From: a virus
DNA: 64,000 bases
Virus record (IMG/VR): IMGVR_UViG_3300002835_000041
Coordinates: 32,001 to 96,000 of that record
Reading direction: 5' to 3' (one strand)
Shown: one piece after another, positions 37,677 to 46,457 of the stretch
Position numbering within the stretch: the stretch's first letter is position 1
Layout: every line of letters starts with the position of its first letter
Notes under the pieces: model-generated
The model's database searches: none
Told to the model about the DNA's origin: nothing
The model's input: the letters and a program-made list of their open reading frames with translations, nothing else
Position numbers and translations under genes: made by a program

Positions 37677-38038
37677 TTGGGTCCTTTGTTTGGGTTATAT
37701 ATTAATTATAGCGGAGACCACTGACAAATTAGAAATATCCTTCTGCCATTAGTCCTTCAAGGAAGTCTTTGGTTTTCCACAGGGTATTGTGTAGCCAAGG
37801 ATCTTGATCAGGATTAACATTAATCATAAGTGATTGAACACCCAAGATCATATCTAGTGCATCTACTTCTTCATATCCCACTAGTGGCATTATCCTACCT
37901 CTATCCCAGCATACTTAGCCATAGTATTAAGAGTGATGTGGATGTGACAGTCACAATCCTCTCCCCCCATATTTTCATCAAACTCTAGGTGAGAGAAATT
38001 GTCCTCATAAATCTCATTGATTAGTTCGTCTATGGTGT

Positions 38039-38281
38039 TCATTTTGTGTGCCACTCCCCTAGTTCAGGTAGGAATACATTTTCTTCTATATCCCATTGGG
38101 CATCGTCCCAACTAAGTTCATCAGACATTACCTTGGCAATCTCGTCTATGAAGGTTTGCATAACGGCTTCTGCGTGGTGTCTATTCTTAGCCTTGATATT
38201 TGTAATAGAGATAGCAAGATCACAAGAATAGTAATCTGCATACATTGTTGGGTCTTCCATTGTTTCTGTTTCTAGGGTCAT
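38039..38281 (-). CDS. hypothetical protein
   Basis: ORF track. Confidence 0.55.
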   Translation of the reverse strand: MTLETETMEDPTMYADYYSCDLAISITNIKAKNRHHAEAVMQTFIDEIAKVMSDELSWDDAQWDIEENVFLPELGEWHTK

Positions 38282-38496
38282 ACATATTCCTTTTCGTAGG
38301 CTTGGTGTGAGGTTACTACTAATTCTAGCATTTCGGCAGGGTATCTGTCAAGCACCCAATTAAGGGCCTCTCCAGCAGTCTTAAAGTCAGAGGCGGTAGT
38401 GCTCTCCCCATAACCTTGAATGGTTGCTTCCCAGCAGTCAATACCACCAGGTGAGACGGAGTAGTTCATTTCATATATTGCCACTTGTTTGGTCAT
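38278..38496 (-). CDS. hypothetical protein
   Basis: ORF track. Confidence 0.55.
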   Translation of the reverse strand: MTKQVAIYEMNYSVSPGGIDCWEATIQGYGESTTASDFKTAGEALNWVLDRYPAEMLELVVTSHQAYEKEYV

Positions 38497-38679
38497 ATAT
38501 TAATTATCGCATAATCTAGGGAAAATGTCAACTCTATCGTAAAGATTTTTTGGTTTGACATTTTGGGGGATCTTTTATAGTCTTCGTAAAGATTTTTTAA
38601 TTTGACATTTTTATGTCCGATTTGTCTGGTTTGGGGCACGTGCAATTTTTATGCATTGCAGTGCATATTTATTTACTTG

Positions 38680-38753
38680 CGATCCGTACGGGACTTGAAC
38701 CCGTGACCTCTACCGTGACAGGGTAGCGAACTAACCAACTATTCTAACGGACC
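38680..38753 (-). tRNA. trnD: tRNA-Asp(GTC)
   Basis: Acceptor GGTCCGT/ACGGATC, arm CTACC-CTGTCAC-GGTAG, T-loop TTCAAGT. Confidence 0.92.
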
Positions 38754-38760
38754 TAATGGT

Positions 38761-38788
38761 GAGCAGTTTTAATTCTTGCTCAGGAATT
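38761..38788 (-). ncRNA. H-type pseudoknot element, copy 3
   Basis: AATTC-CT-GAGCA-A-GAATT-AAAAC-TGCTC; ends 7 nt before tRNA-Asp. Confidence 0.6.
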
Positions 38789-38794
38789 TTTTTG

Positions 38795-39817
38795 TTATGC
38801 TAAAGACATAACATTCTGAACTACTTTTAGCAAACGATTTTTTTCTGCGTTGATAGCAGGGTCAAATCCTGATGCTGATGCGAGAATGGATTCGTTATTG
38901 CCACCACGAGCAGAACGATACCAGTCAAGTCGCTCAGTTAGCGCATTGAACGCACCCCAAGCATTACCAGCAATCATACCATTAAATTCACCAGTGTAAA
39001 TATCGTTAATCATATCTACCTTGTTTTCCCATTTCTTGCTTGAACCCTTAGCATCTTTTTCAGGCTTTGGGTAAGCAGCAAGAATGATTTTGTTAAAGTC
39101 AATGGCGCTAACTTCTTTTTCAATCATAGCCTTAGCCATAATATCAAATTCGTCCATATAAGCATTAGCAAGACCAAGAGTTTCACGAGCAATCTGAACT
39201 TTGCCGTTAGCGGTCTGAGTGTGGCGAATCTTGAAAGATTGCTTGATGCCCTTATTCTTCTTACGACCTACGCCACCAAGCGCAAGGTTAAGAGTGTTAG
39301 CGCATACGACACGAACTGGCGTGATGCTTGCTTGAATAGCGATTGAACCATCGTGTGATGTGTTGATGAGCAAATAAGTTTTTACCTTATCTGATACACC
39401 ATTAGGGTCAAGAATTGTTTCACGCTCTAGTGCTAAAGCACCGAACACGACACGACCACCCTTGATTGAACCAGCGGTTTCCCAACGACCACCGCCGTCT
39501 AGGATATTATCACCGAATGAAAACAAATCTTCATTTTGTAGTGGGTGATAACGCTCACCAACAATTCCAAGAACATCTGTCTGAGAGTTATCTGTTGGGT
39601 TAGTGCGTAGGACATACTGATATGCCTTATCGCTTGTGAGATGTGTAGGGGTTTCCAAATCTTCTAGGCGAACATTCCACCCATTTAGATTTGCTGCTTG
39701 TAGCATTTCTGCCGTTGTTTTTTCTTCTGTAAAGACTGTTCCCAATCCGTGCCAAGCAGGTTCTCTGAATGATGCGAATGAGGTTTTGCCATTTTGCGTT
39801 TCTAAGTCGTGAGCCAC
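38795..39817 (-). CDS. DUF932/DUF945 phage/plasmid-like protein (TIGR03299-like)
   Basis: REPAWHGLG, WETAGSIKGGRVVF, SHDGS, VRVVCANT, AWGAFNALTE. Confidence 0.85.
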   Translation of the reverse strand: MAHDLETQNGKTSFASFREPAWHGLGTVFTEEKTTAEMLQAANLNGWNVRLEDLETPTHLTSDKAYQYVLRTNPTDNSQTDVLGIVGERYHPLQNEDLFSFGDNILDGGGRWETAGSIKGGRVVFGALALERETILDPNGVSDKVKTYLLINTSHDGSIAIQASITPVRVVCANTLNLALGGVGRKKNKGIKQSFKIRHTQTANGKVQIARETLGLANAYMDEFDIMAKAMIEKEVSAIDFNKIILAAYPKPEKDAKGSSKKWENKVDMINDIYTGEFNGMIAGNAWGAFNALTERLDWYRSARGGNNESILASASGFDPAINAEKNRLLKVVQNVMSLA

Positions 39818-39998
39818 GATTTCCTTCTTTCTGTTGTTGATAATCTAATCATACACCCACCCACCGACAAAAGTCAAATCGTATAAGTAATCAGGGGACA
39901 AATGGGGCATTTCGTAACTGTGTCGTAATTCACAATGTGATCTTCGCCATGTGGATAACCTGTGGATAAACCCCACGTGCAAAATTTTATAAAAAAGA

Positions 39999-40026
39999 GA
40001 GCAGTTTTAAAACTTGCTCAGGTTTT
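39999..40026 (-). ncRNA. H-type pseudoknot element, copy 4
   Basis: AAAAC-CT-GAGCA-A-GTTTT-AAAAC-TGCTC. Confidence 0.6.
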
Positions 40027-40042
40027 TATTAGTAGCCCCCTA

Positions 40043-40474
40043 CTAAATATCTATTCTATCAATTGAGGATGATAGATAAGAAATGTTGTCTGAGTTATAA
40101 TCGACGGTATCGAAATCAATATCGTGAATTGCATTCTGTGCATCCTCTTCAGTGCGAGCATTAACAGTAACAGAATACATAACTGTAACTTCAACTTCGA
40201 ATTCTTTTGTTAATTCAAAGCCCATAATTTCTGCAATTGATTCTGCTTGAGACTCAGAGATATCTTCACTCTCTAATTCACTAAGGGTCCACTCTTGCAT
40301 TGATTCAACCATACGGTTGCGTTCTGCAGAGTCTGCATATGAGCGCTGAGTTACTTTTTGAATGTGCTCCTCTAATTGAGTTACACGCAATGTTGCCTTG
40401 GCTAAAGAATCACGAAGAAACTCTTCTGTTGCATTGACTGTGCTTGCTAGTGTTGATATATCTTGCTGGTCCAT
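40043..40474 (-). CDS. hypothetical protein with coiled coil
   Basis: ORF track. Confidence 0.6.
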   Translation of the reverse strand: MDQQDISTLASTVNATEEFLRDSLAKATLRVTQLEEHIQKVTQRSYADSAERNRMVESMQEWTLSELESEDISESQAESIAEIMGFELTKEFEVEVTVMYSVTVNARTEEDAQNAIHDIDFDTVDYNSDNISYLSSSIDRIDI

Positions 40475-40537
40475 TGGGGGCCTCTTTCTGTTTGTTGGTT
40501 TATATTAATTATACTGTAAGGCACTGACAATTGTCAA

Positions 40538-41035
40538 CTACCAAGATGAGCAATAAGAAAATGAAAGTCGATCAATTTCTGGTAGCGCAAATATACGCTC
40601 TAATTGATTAATAGTATTAGTAAGGTCCTTCCAATACCATTCATCAATATCTGTGCTCCCAAAGAAAAATCCTTCTTGTGGTGGGAACAGGCTAGGGTCT
40701 TTTGTTTCTAATGCGTGTTTACATAAAGCAAGCAACTCTATTAGTTTATCTTGTGAAACATAGTAACTACCACAGTCATCAATACCGTTCTGAATATTCT
40801 TTACGAACCAAGCGTGTATCTGATTAGCCTTGCGCCAATAAGCACAAGTAACTTCTACGCTTGCTCCATAGATATCTGTAGCGACATCTGTTAGTTGAGT
40901 TATTTCCATTAAGTCATTGAACTTAGGGTATACGGCTTCGGGTGAGTCATAAGATAGTTCATCATTTGACTGTAGTGCTTTCCAGTTAATTTTTTCTAAA
41001 TGCTTTTTAGCACTAAGATACATATCTAGTCCCAT
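40538..41035 (-). CDS. conserved phage hypothetical protein
   Basis: MGLDMYL..AYWRKANQIHAWF..GFFFG..YCSSW. Confidence 0.65.
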   Translation of the reverse strand: MGLDMYLSAKKHLEKINWKALQSNDELSYDSPEAVYPKFNDLMEITQLTDVATDIYGASVEVTCAYWRKANQIHAWFVKNIQNGIDDCGSYYVSQDKLIELLALCKHALETKDPSLFPPQEGFFFGSTDIDEWYWKDLTNTINQLERIFALPEIDRLSFSYCSSW

Positions 41036-41225
41036 TGGGGGCTTCCTTCTTTCTGTTTGTTTCTTTTAATTATACTATAGGGGTCTGACAAATTGGGTGA
41101 TAGGGGTAGGCACGGCCGTTAGTCTGGAACCCACCCCTATCAGATCCCCAGGGGACGCTTGCTATAAATAGCGTGGAACGCAGGGGATAATGAGTGGGGC
41201 TTTTACACCCCACCCAATTATCTAA

Positions 41226-41648
41226 TTAGAGATAACGAGCAACCGCATTGTATGTGGAAGTATTTACAACTTCCTCATCTGTCATCTTTAAGATGCGAAT
41301 TGCGTTTGTGATTTCCTCTTTCATTTCCTTATAGGTATGAGTGTGAATAACCTCAAAATCCTTTTCAGGTTCAGCAGGGAAAGTTCCCTCTTTTGTGATG
41401 ATGTCAAAATCAACATTGAGAGTGTTGTTCCAAGAACGATAGTTAGTGCGTAGGTTTTCAGCCTTTGAGAAGTTGGCAATAGCCCACTCACCAATTTGCT
41501 TTTTCCAAGCCTCATAAGCAACTGTGTGCTTGCGTTCGTTTTCTCCTTGTGTTGCGTAGTCCATCTCTAGTTTTGCTAGTGATGCCTCTAGTCCTGCGAT
41601 TACTCGCTGAGTAGGGATTTTTACTGAGATTGCTTTTCCTCTAGCCAT
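41226..41648 (-). CDS. hypothetical protein
   Basis: ORF with AAAAGAGAAAA leader. Confidence 0.6.
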   Translation of the reverse strand: MARGKAISVKIPTQRVIAGLEASLAKLEMDYATQGENERKHTVAYEAWKKQIGEWAIANFSKAENLRTNYRSWNNTLNVDFDIITKEGTFPAEPEKDFEVIHTHTYKEMKEEITNAIRILKMTDEEVVNTSTYNAVARYL

Positions 41649-41691
41649 TTGTTTTCTCTTTTCTTTTGTGGGGTATTAGTTGGGGGTGTGT

Positions 41692-41718
41692 GAGCCTTTT
41701 TGTATCTTGCTCAGGATA
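41692..41718 (-). ncRNA. H-type pseudoknot element, copy 5 (variant)
   Basis: TATC-CT-GAGCA-A-GATA-CAAAAA-GGCTC. Confidence 0.5.
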
Positions 41719-41740
41719 GTTTTTAGCGTTATTGCTAAAC

Positions 41741-41905
41741 TTACTTTGCCGTCCAAGTTGTATAACGGGTTGCGCCATTTACATCTAACTTTACACGAAC
41801 ATTTCCATTAGCCTGTGGTGTAATTTCTGTAATTACTCCGCTGACCTTTGACTTCTGTGTTGTGAAAGTGTCGCCGACCTTGTATGTTGCTGTTGCTACT
41901 GCCAT
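41741..41905 (-). CDS. small SH3-like beta protein
   Basis: MAVATATYKVGDTFTTQKSKVSGVITEI..; paralogue of 42011..42181. Confidence 0.6.
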   Translation of the reverse strand: MAVATATYKVGDTFTTQKSKVSGVITEITPQANGNVRVKLDVNGATRYTTWTAK

Positions 41906-42010
41906 TTTTTTCTCTTTTCTGTTTAGGGGTTGTTATTTGGTTATACCTAAGTATAACATTTTGCGGATAAAAATGTCAAATCTAAACCTGACATTTCTCA
42001 CATTGTGAGA

Positions 42011-42181
42011 TTACTTAGAGGTCTTGACCATAGCAAGGCGTTGTGCGCCATTTGCCAAAATCAGACTAACTCTGGTAACCTTATTAGACATTGGTGTAAA
42101 ACCTGCGATACGACCTGTAACGCCTGTCTTGCTGGTTGTGAATAAATCACCAATTTGGTAAGTGTATCCGTGAAGTGTCAT
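42011..42181 (-). CDS. small SH3-like beta protein
   Basis: MTLHGYTYQIGDLFTTSKTGVTGRI.. Confidence 0.6.
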   Translation of the reverse strand: MTLHGYTYQIGDLFTTSKTGVTGRIAGFTPMSNKVTRVSLILANGAQRLAMVKTSK

Positions 42182-42420
42182 TTGGGTCTTGCCTTTCGTT
42201 GTGGGGGTTAATTGCTTATAGTATAATTTTAGCAAAAAAATGTCAGAAATACAAATCCTGGGGGGGGTTCTGGGGTGTGTTCTTAAACACATCTTAAAGG
42301 CGTGTCGCAACTTGACAAATCAAGTTTTGCGGACGTGGATCCCATGCAATTTTTATTGGTAAAAAAATAAAAGTACTATGCACCAAATTAAAAATATTAT
42401 TTGCAGGGAATTCATTTATC

Positions 42421-43155
42421 TCATTTCTTACTCGCAGAAAAAATTATGTCACTCTTAGAGTATACACAAAGTGAGCAAGAAACGCAAGCGCTACCTTGTT
42501 GAGATATAAGTTTAATTTGTTTATTATTCTCAGGACACTTAGCAGCGGGGCGACCAATCATTTCTTTTACATCGGCCTGGCCAATTGCAAAATTCTTAGC
42601 AAGATATGCCATTCTAACACCGCTATTAATTTTTAGATCAACGGCAGTTTTTACATTCTCGCTATCTGCAGAAAAATACAATGATAAATTAGATACATCC
42701 TTAAGAATAAGTGCAGCAGCCTTTACTCTAGTGTATACCCAGAATTGAATGTCGGGGTGCTTATCAATAACTACTTTCCAGGCATAGGTATAGGTATCGT
42801 TAAAGAAATCGCCGTCCCAGTGAATACGGAATAACTTAGGAGCGTCTTTCTTTTCACAATCAGATACAAAATCAACAATCATCTCATCAAGCAGGCGCAC
42901 CATAGTTTCTCCGTCTGCGTCTTTCAGCAGGGACCAATTGTGCAATAGGTTAACCTTTACGGTTGGGAAGACTTTTTCAAGTTTTCCTGCGTAGCAAACG
43001 CTTTCACAAACACTAGTGGCACCAGGGCACGAGAAAGCCTTTCCAGCAGGTAGGCCAAAGGTATTTGCGATACTTGCTTGTTTTCCATTAGGGGTGACGG
43101 CATTAGCGACCTTTCTATCTTTAGATCTTTTTAGTTTAAGTGTATTAGTAGTCAA
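42421..43155 (-). CDS. phage gp88-like Cys-cluster protein
   Basis: SCPGATSVCESVCYA, FRIHWDGDF, WVYTR, C-terminal CP..CVSCSLC. Confidence 0.7.
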   Translation of the reverse strand: MTTNTLKLKRSKDRKVANAVTPNGKQASIANTFGLPAGKAFSCPGATSVCESVCYAGKLEKVFPTVKVNLLHNWSLLKDADGETMVRLLDEMIVDFVSDCEKKDAPKLFRIHWDGDFFNDTYTYAWKVVIDKHPDIQFWVYTRVKAAALILKDVSNLSLYFSADSENVKTAVDLKINSGVRMAYLAKNFAIGQADVKEMIGRPAAKCPENNKQIKLISQQGSACVSCSLCVYSKSDIIFSASKK

Positions 43156-43323
43156 GGCCTAGACTCATTTCTAGAGCAATGTCTTCGTTATAGTGAGCGG
43201 ACATTTCTTCTAGTAAGCAATGAGTGCACTTTTCTTCATATTCATCAACCGCATTTTCACGGCAAGAAGGGCAGGTGGTTGCGTAGTATTCATCATAGAA
43301 TTCATCAGCGATATTTCCCATAG
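43145..43323 (-). CDS. small Zn-finger protein
   Basis: MGNIADEF..CPSC..CTHC; start approximate. Confidence 0.45.
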
Positions 43324-43591
43324 GGGCTATTCTCCTTTTTGTTGTTTTTTTAATTGTAGCAGTTCGGACTGACATTTTTTACGGTTGTATTTCTTTTTAT
43401 TAGGCACCGCAGAGGCAGCATTAGAACGGCGAAGTTCCATAAGTCTGCGTAATTCCTCTGAGTTTTTTTTCATACTTAATCTTAGCATACAGGGGCAAAA
43501 AATGTCAAATCTTAAAATGTGATAAATCTCACAGGGCGGGACGTGGACCACGTGCATTTTTGTGCGGGGAAGCACACAAAAATACTTTTAA

Positions 43592-43834
43592 CTATTCTTC
43601 TTGTTCAATAAAAACATACAACGGAATTAAATCAGTATAACTATACTGTGTAAATTCTGTTTCACCAAATTCATTTTCGGTTTGTATGTCGTAGTTATCT
43701 CCTGTTGAATCACATTCAATAAAATTAACTTCAACGATGTCATCACCAATTTTAATTAAATCACCAAGCATTAATTGGTCGGGTGTTAAGTTATCTGCGT
43801 GGATCAATTCCATAGTTTCCATTGTATCAGACAT
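43592..43834 (-). CDS. hypothetical protein
   Basis: ORF track. Confidence 0.55.
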   Translation of the reverse strand: MSDTMETMELIHADNLTPDQLMLGDLIKIGDDIVEVNFIECDSTGDNYDIQTENEFGETEFTQYSYTDLIPLYVFIEQEE

Positions 43835-43835
43835 T

Positions 43836-44120
43836 CTATTCCTCCCAATCAGGTAGCCAAAATTCCAAGTGGTGTTGGCTTATGATAGCCCTCGCAGGTG
43901 CGTGAGTCATTCCCTTATAGAGAATCTGAAAGTCGCCAACCATAGGCATATCAATCATTCGGTCATAGTCCTCATCATAGTATGCGTCAATAGCCTCGAT
44001 ACAAGGTTTTACCATTTCTGCGGGGACGGGTGGATAGTGATTACCTTTAAGGTGATAAAGTAATTGTGTTTCTAAGTCTAAGACTTCATCTTTAATTCCA
44101 AGTGCGGTTATGCTTCCCAT
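43836..44120 (-). CDS. hypothetical protein
   Basis: ORF track. Confidence 0.6.
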   Translation of the reverse strand: MGSITALGIKDEVLDLETQLLYHLKGNHYPPVPAEMVKPCIEAIDAYYDEDYDRMIDMPMVGDFQILYKGMTHAPARAIISQHHLEFWLPDWEE

Positions 44121-44262
44121 TATATTTTCTCCTCTATGTCTGCGACATAAACATCGCTTCGTCTAATCATTCCATATTTTAAGTTACTATCGAACATATC
44201 AACGGCATCTTCTTCATTGTCTGCCTCGACATTTATAAAACAAGTAAATTCATATAGTGCCA

Positions 44263-44481
44263 TTACGCTCTTACCTGAACCCTTCCATCTCGGTAGAATA
44301 CTTTAGTGTAACACTTTCCTGTCGGTGTGTAAATATTCACTGTTGAGTATTCGTTAGCCATTCCCCAGTCGGTAAATCGGAAAAAACTTTCCCAAGCACC
44401 AAATTCGTTTTCATAGCGTTGTTCCCAGTGAGGTTTTGCCTCTGAGTCATACTGACAAGTTACTAGGTATTCATATTCCAT
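44263..44481 (-). CDS. hypothetical protein
   Basis: ORF track. Confidence 0.55.
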   Translation of the reverse strand: MEYEYLVTCQYDSEAKPHWEQRYENEFGAWESFFRFTDWGMANEYSTVNIYTPTGKCYTKVFYRDGRVQVRA

Positions 44482-44790
44482 TATTCTGCCTCTTTCGTTG
44501 TAAATAGTGCGCCTTCATTAAGTAAGCCGACTTCCAAATTAAATAACTCATCTGAGTTTGCTTGCGACAAGTCTATCCAACCTGCGCCTTCATTGTCAAT
44601 TCTAAATATTTCTATGTATCCCATTAGTTTTCACACTCACAATCTTTTGAGTAATCAAATTCGCAAAAATAGCAACCCATTAACTCGCTATGGGTTTTAC
44701 ACTGATAACGGAATTGGACTTCATCACAACACAAGAAAGATAAATCCCAAATCCAATAGAATTCGTTTTGGTCAATAACACTAGCCATAA

Positions 44791-44997
44791 TTACTCACCA
44801 ACCTTTACTGCGATAGTCGCAAATTTATTTCGCAAGCCTTTAGCATTGACCTCAATTAGATAGGCTTCGGTATTTTCTCCATACCAAATTCCTTCTCGCT
44901 TTTGAGCCGATACAATTTCGCCCTCAAAGTGGCGGTTGCGTGAGCGATAGTTTTTCCCTACAAGTAGGCTTTCTATTGTGTATAGTTTGGTAGCCAT
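44791..44997 (-). CDS. hypothetical protein
   Basis: ORF track, first gene after a promoter. Confidence 0.55.
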   Translation of the reverse strand: MATKLYTIESLLVGKNYRSRNRHFEGEIVSAQKREGIWYGENTEAYLIEVNAKGLRNKFATIAVKVGE

Positions 44998-45277
44998 TGG
45001 CAGACCTCTTTCTTTTTGTTGATAATTCTATCCTAGCATAGCCCACTGACATTTTTAGTTAGGCTCGCCGTATCGGATAGACTTTCTTTATTTATTTTTT
45101 CTTACTATGTAAGTCTATATGATTAAACTAAAAATATCAACTTACTAGCCAGTAAATCCAAATAGTGAGACGCTCAAGCCGTGTGATTAATCTCACAAAA
45201 TTTCGGGCGTGTCGTAAACAACTTCTTAAACACCTGTGGATAAGCCTGTGGATAACTTTTTGCCACGTCCAAAATTT

Positions 45278-45305
45278 GAGCAGTTTTCAATCTTGCTCAG
45301 GATCA
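45278..45305 (-). ncRNA. H-type pseudoknot element, copy 6
   Basis: TGATC-CT-GAGCA-A-GATTG-AAAAC-TGCTC. Confidence 0.6.
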
Positions 45306-45602
45306 CAATTTACTTTCGCAAATCGTTTTTGATTTCTTGCCAATCTTCTTTTAGCATTGGCAACATCATTTTAAATAAAATAAAAACGCTACCCGCTAAA
45401 AATAGTTGAACCATTGTTGTTAGTAGTCTGCTCATTTTTCACAAGCCTTTCTAAAAGTTTCAAAATCAAATCGTGGATTATCTGCTTCGAACATTGAGCC
45501 AAAATCATTTACCAAATCGTGAAAAGTAAATTCATCTCCGATTAACTCTTTGAAAGATGAAAGAATTTCAGCAGTTGCGACATAGTCTTTACGAGTCATC
45601 AT

Positions 45603-45809
45603 TTATTCGGCCACCTTTAGAATTGCGTAAGTGCCACGAGCATTAATTTCATCAAGTATTGGACCAAGCGCAGGCGCTACCAAATCCTTTAGCATTCCTT
45701 CAAGCATTGCGATTAAATCTGAGTGAGGAATAGCGAGTGCTTGTTGTGCTATTGGGTGAGTTTCATCGAACTCGGTTACGAACTTTAGTGTGTGTTCTAC
45801 TTTAGTCAT
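45603..45809 (-). CDS. hypothetical protein
   Basis: ORF track. Confidence 0.55.
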   Translation of the reverse strand: MTKVEHTLKFVTEFDETHPIAQQALAIPHSDLIAMLEGMLKDLVAPALGPILDEINARGTYAILKVAE

Positions 45810-45972
45810 TTATTTTATTTCCTATTCTTTTAGTTGTTAAATTGGTTTAGGTCTTGCTCAATACCAAAATCGCATTCGCAAGTTTCTACATCATAGTCAA
45901 AATCATTTCCAAAAAAGATTAGACCTGTTGAATTACATTCCTCGCAGGGAATTGTTAAGACGGAGTTTATCA

Positions 45973-46158
45973 TTAGAGAACCGCCTTTCCTCTAAGTGTT
46001 CCTGATACGCCTAAAGCGTCGCAAGATACTTTAACCGCAACACCAACGGGAAGTTGTGTTGGATAAGTTGAGATGAATTGAGCAACCGCACCACGAGAAG
46101 GGAGAGCGATTTTTTTAGTAGAACCATTGAAGGTTTCTAGTGTTATAGTGTAAGTCAT
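45973..46158 (-). CDS. hypothetical protein
   Basis: Paralogue of 48239..48424. Confidence 0.6.
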   Translation of the reverse strand: MTYTITLETFNGSTKKIALPSRGAVAQFISTYPTQLPVGVAVKVSCDALGVSGTLRGKAVL

Positions 46159-46457
46159 TTATAGACTTCCTTTCTTTAAGTTGATAAGACTATCTTATCA
46201 TTAGCCACCGACAAATTGGGCACTTATTTGCTTAGGCTCACTGTGATACTGGTCACATTTATTTGCTAAGGCTCATTGCTTATTTATCTTTATTTAATTG
46301 TTATAGTAGCAATACTAGCAGATAAAAGTCAAAAAGTCAAGTCCAAACACGGCGTGTCGTATGTGATTAATCTCACATTATTTATACACAGCCTGTGGAT
46401 AACTTTTTGGCACGTCCAAAAATTGTAGAGTTTTATTTCTACAACTTTTGTTTTTAT

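Larger units (their letters stand above)
39950..46402. promoter_or_regulatory. DnaA-box pairs in early intergenic cassettes
   Basis: TGTGGATAA at 39950, 39961, 45235, 45247, 46394; TTATACACA at 46382. Confidence 0.7.

Noticed and set aside
46423-46444. TTGTAGA/TCTACAA hairpin with AAAAC as a seventh pseudoknot
   Set aside because: Occupies the same cassette position but has no P1 or CCTG core; treated as a simple hairpin.
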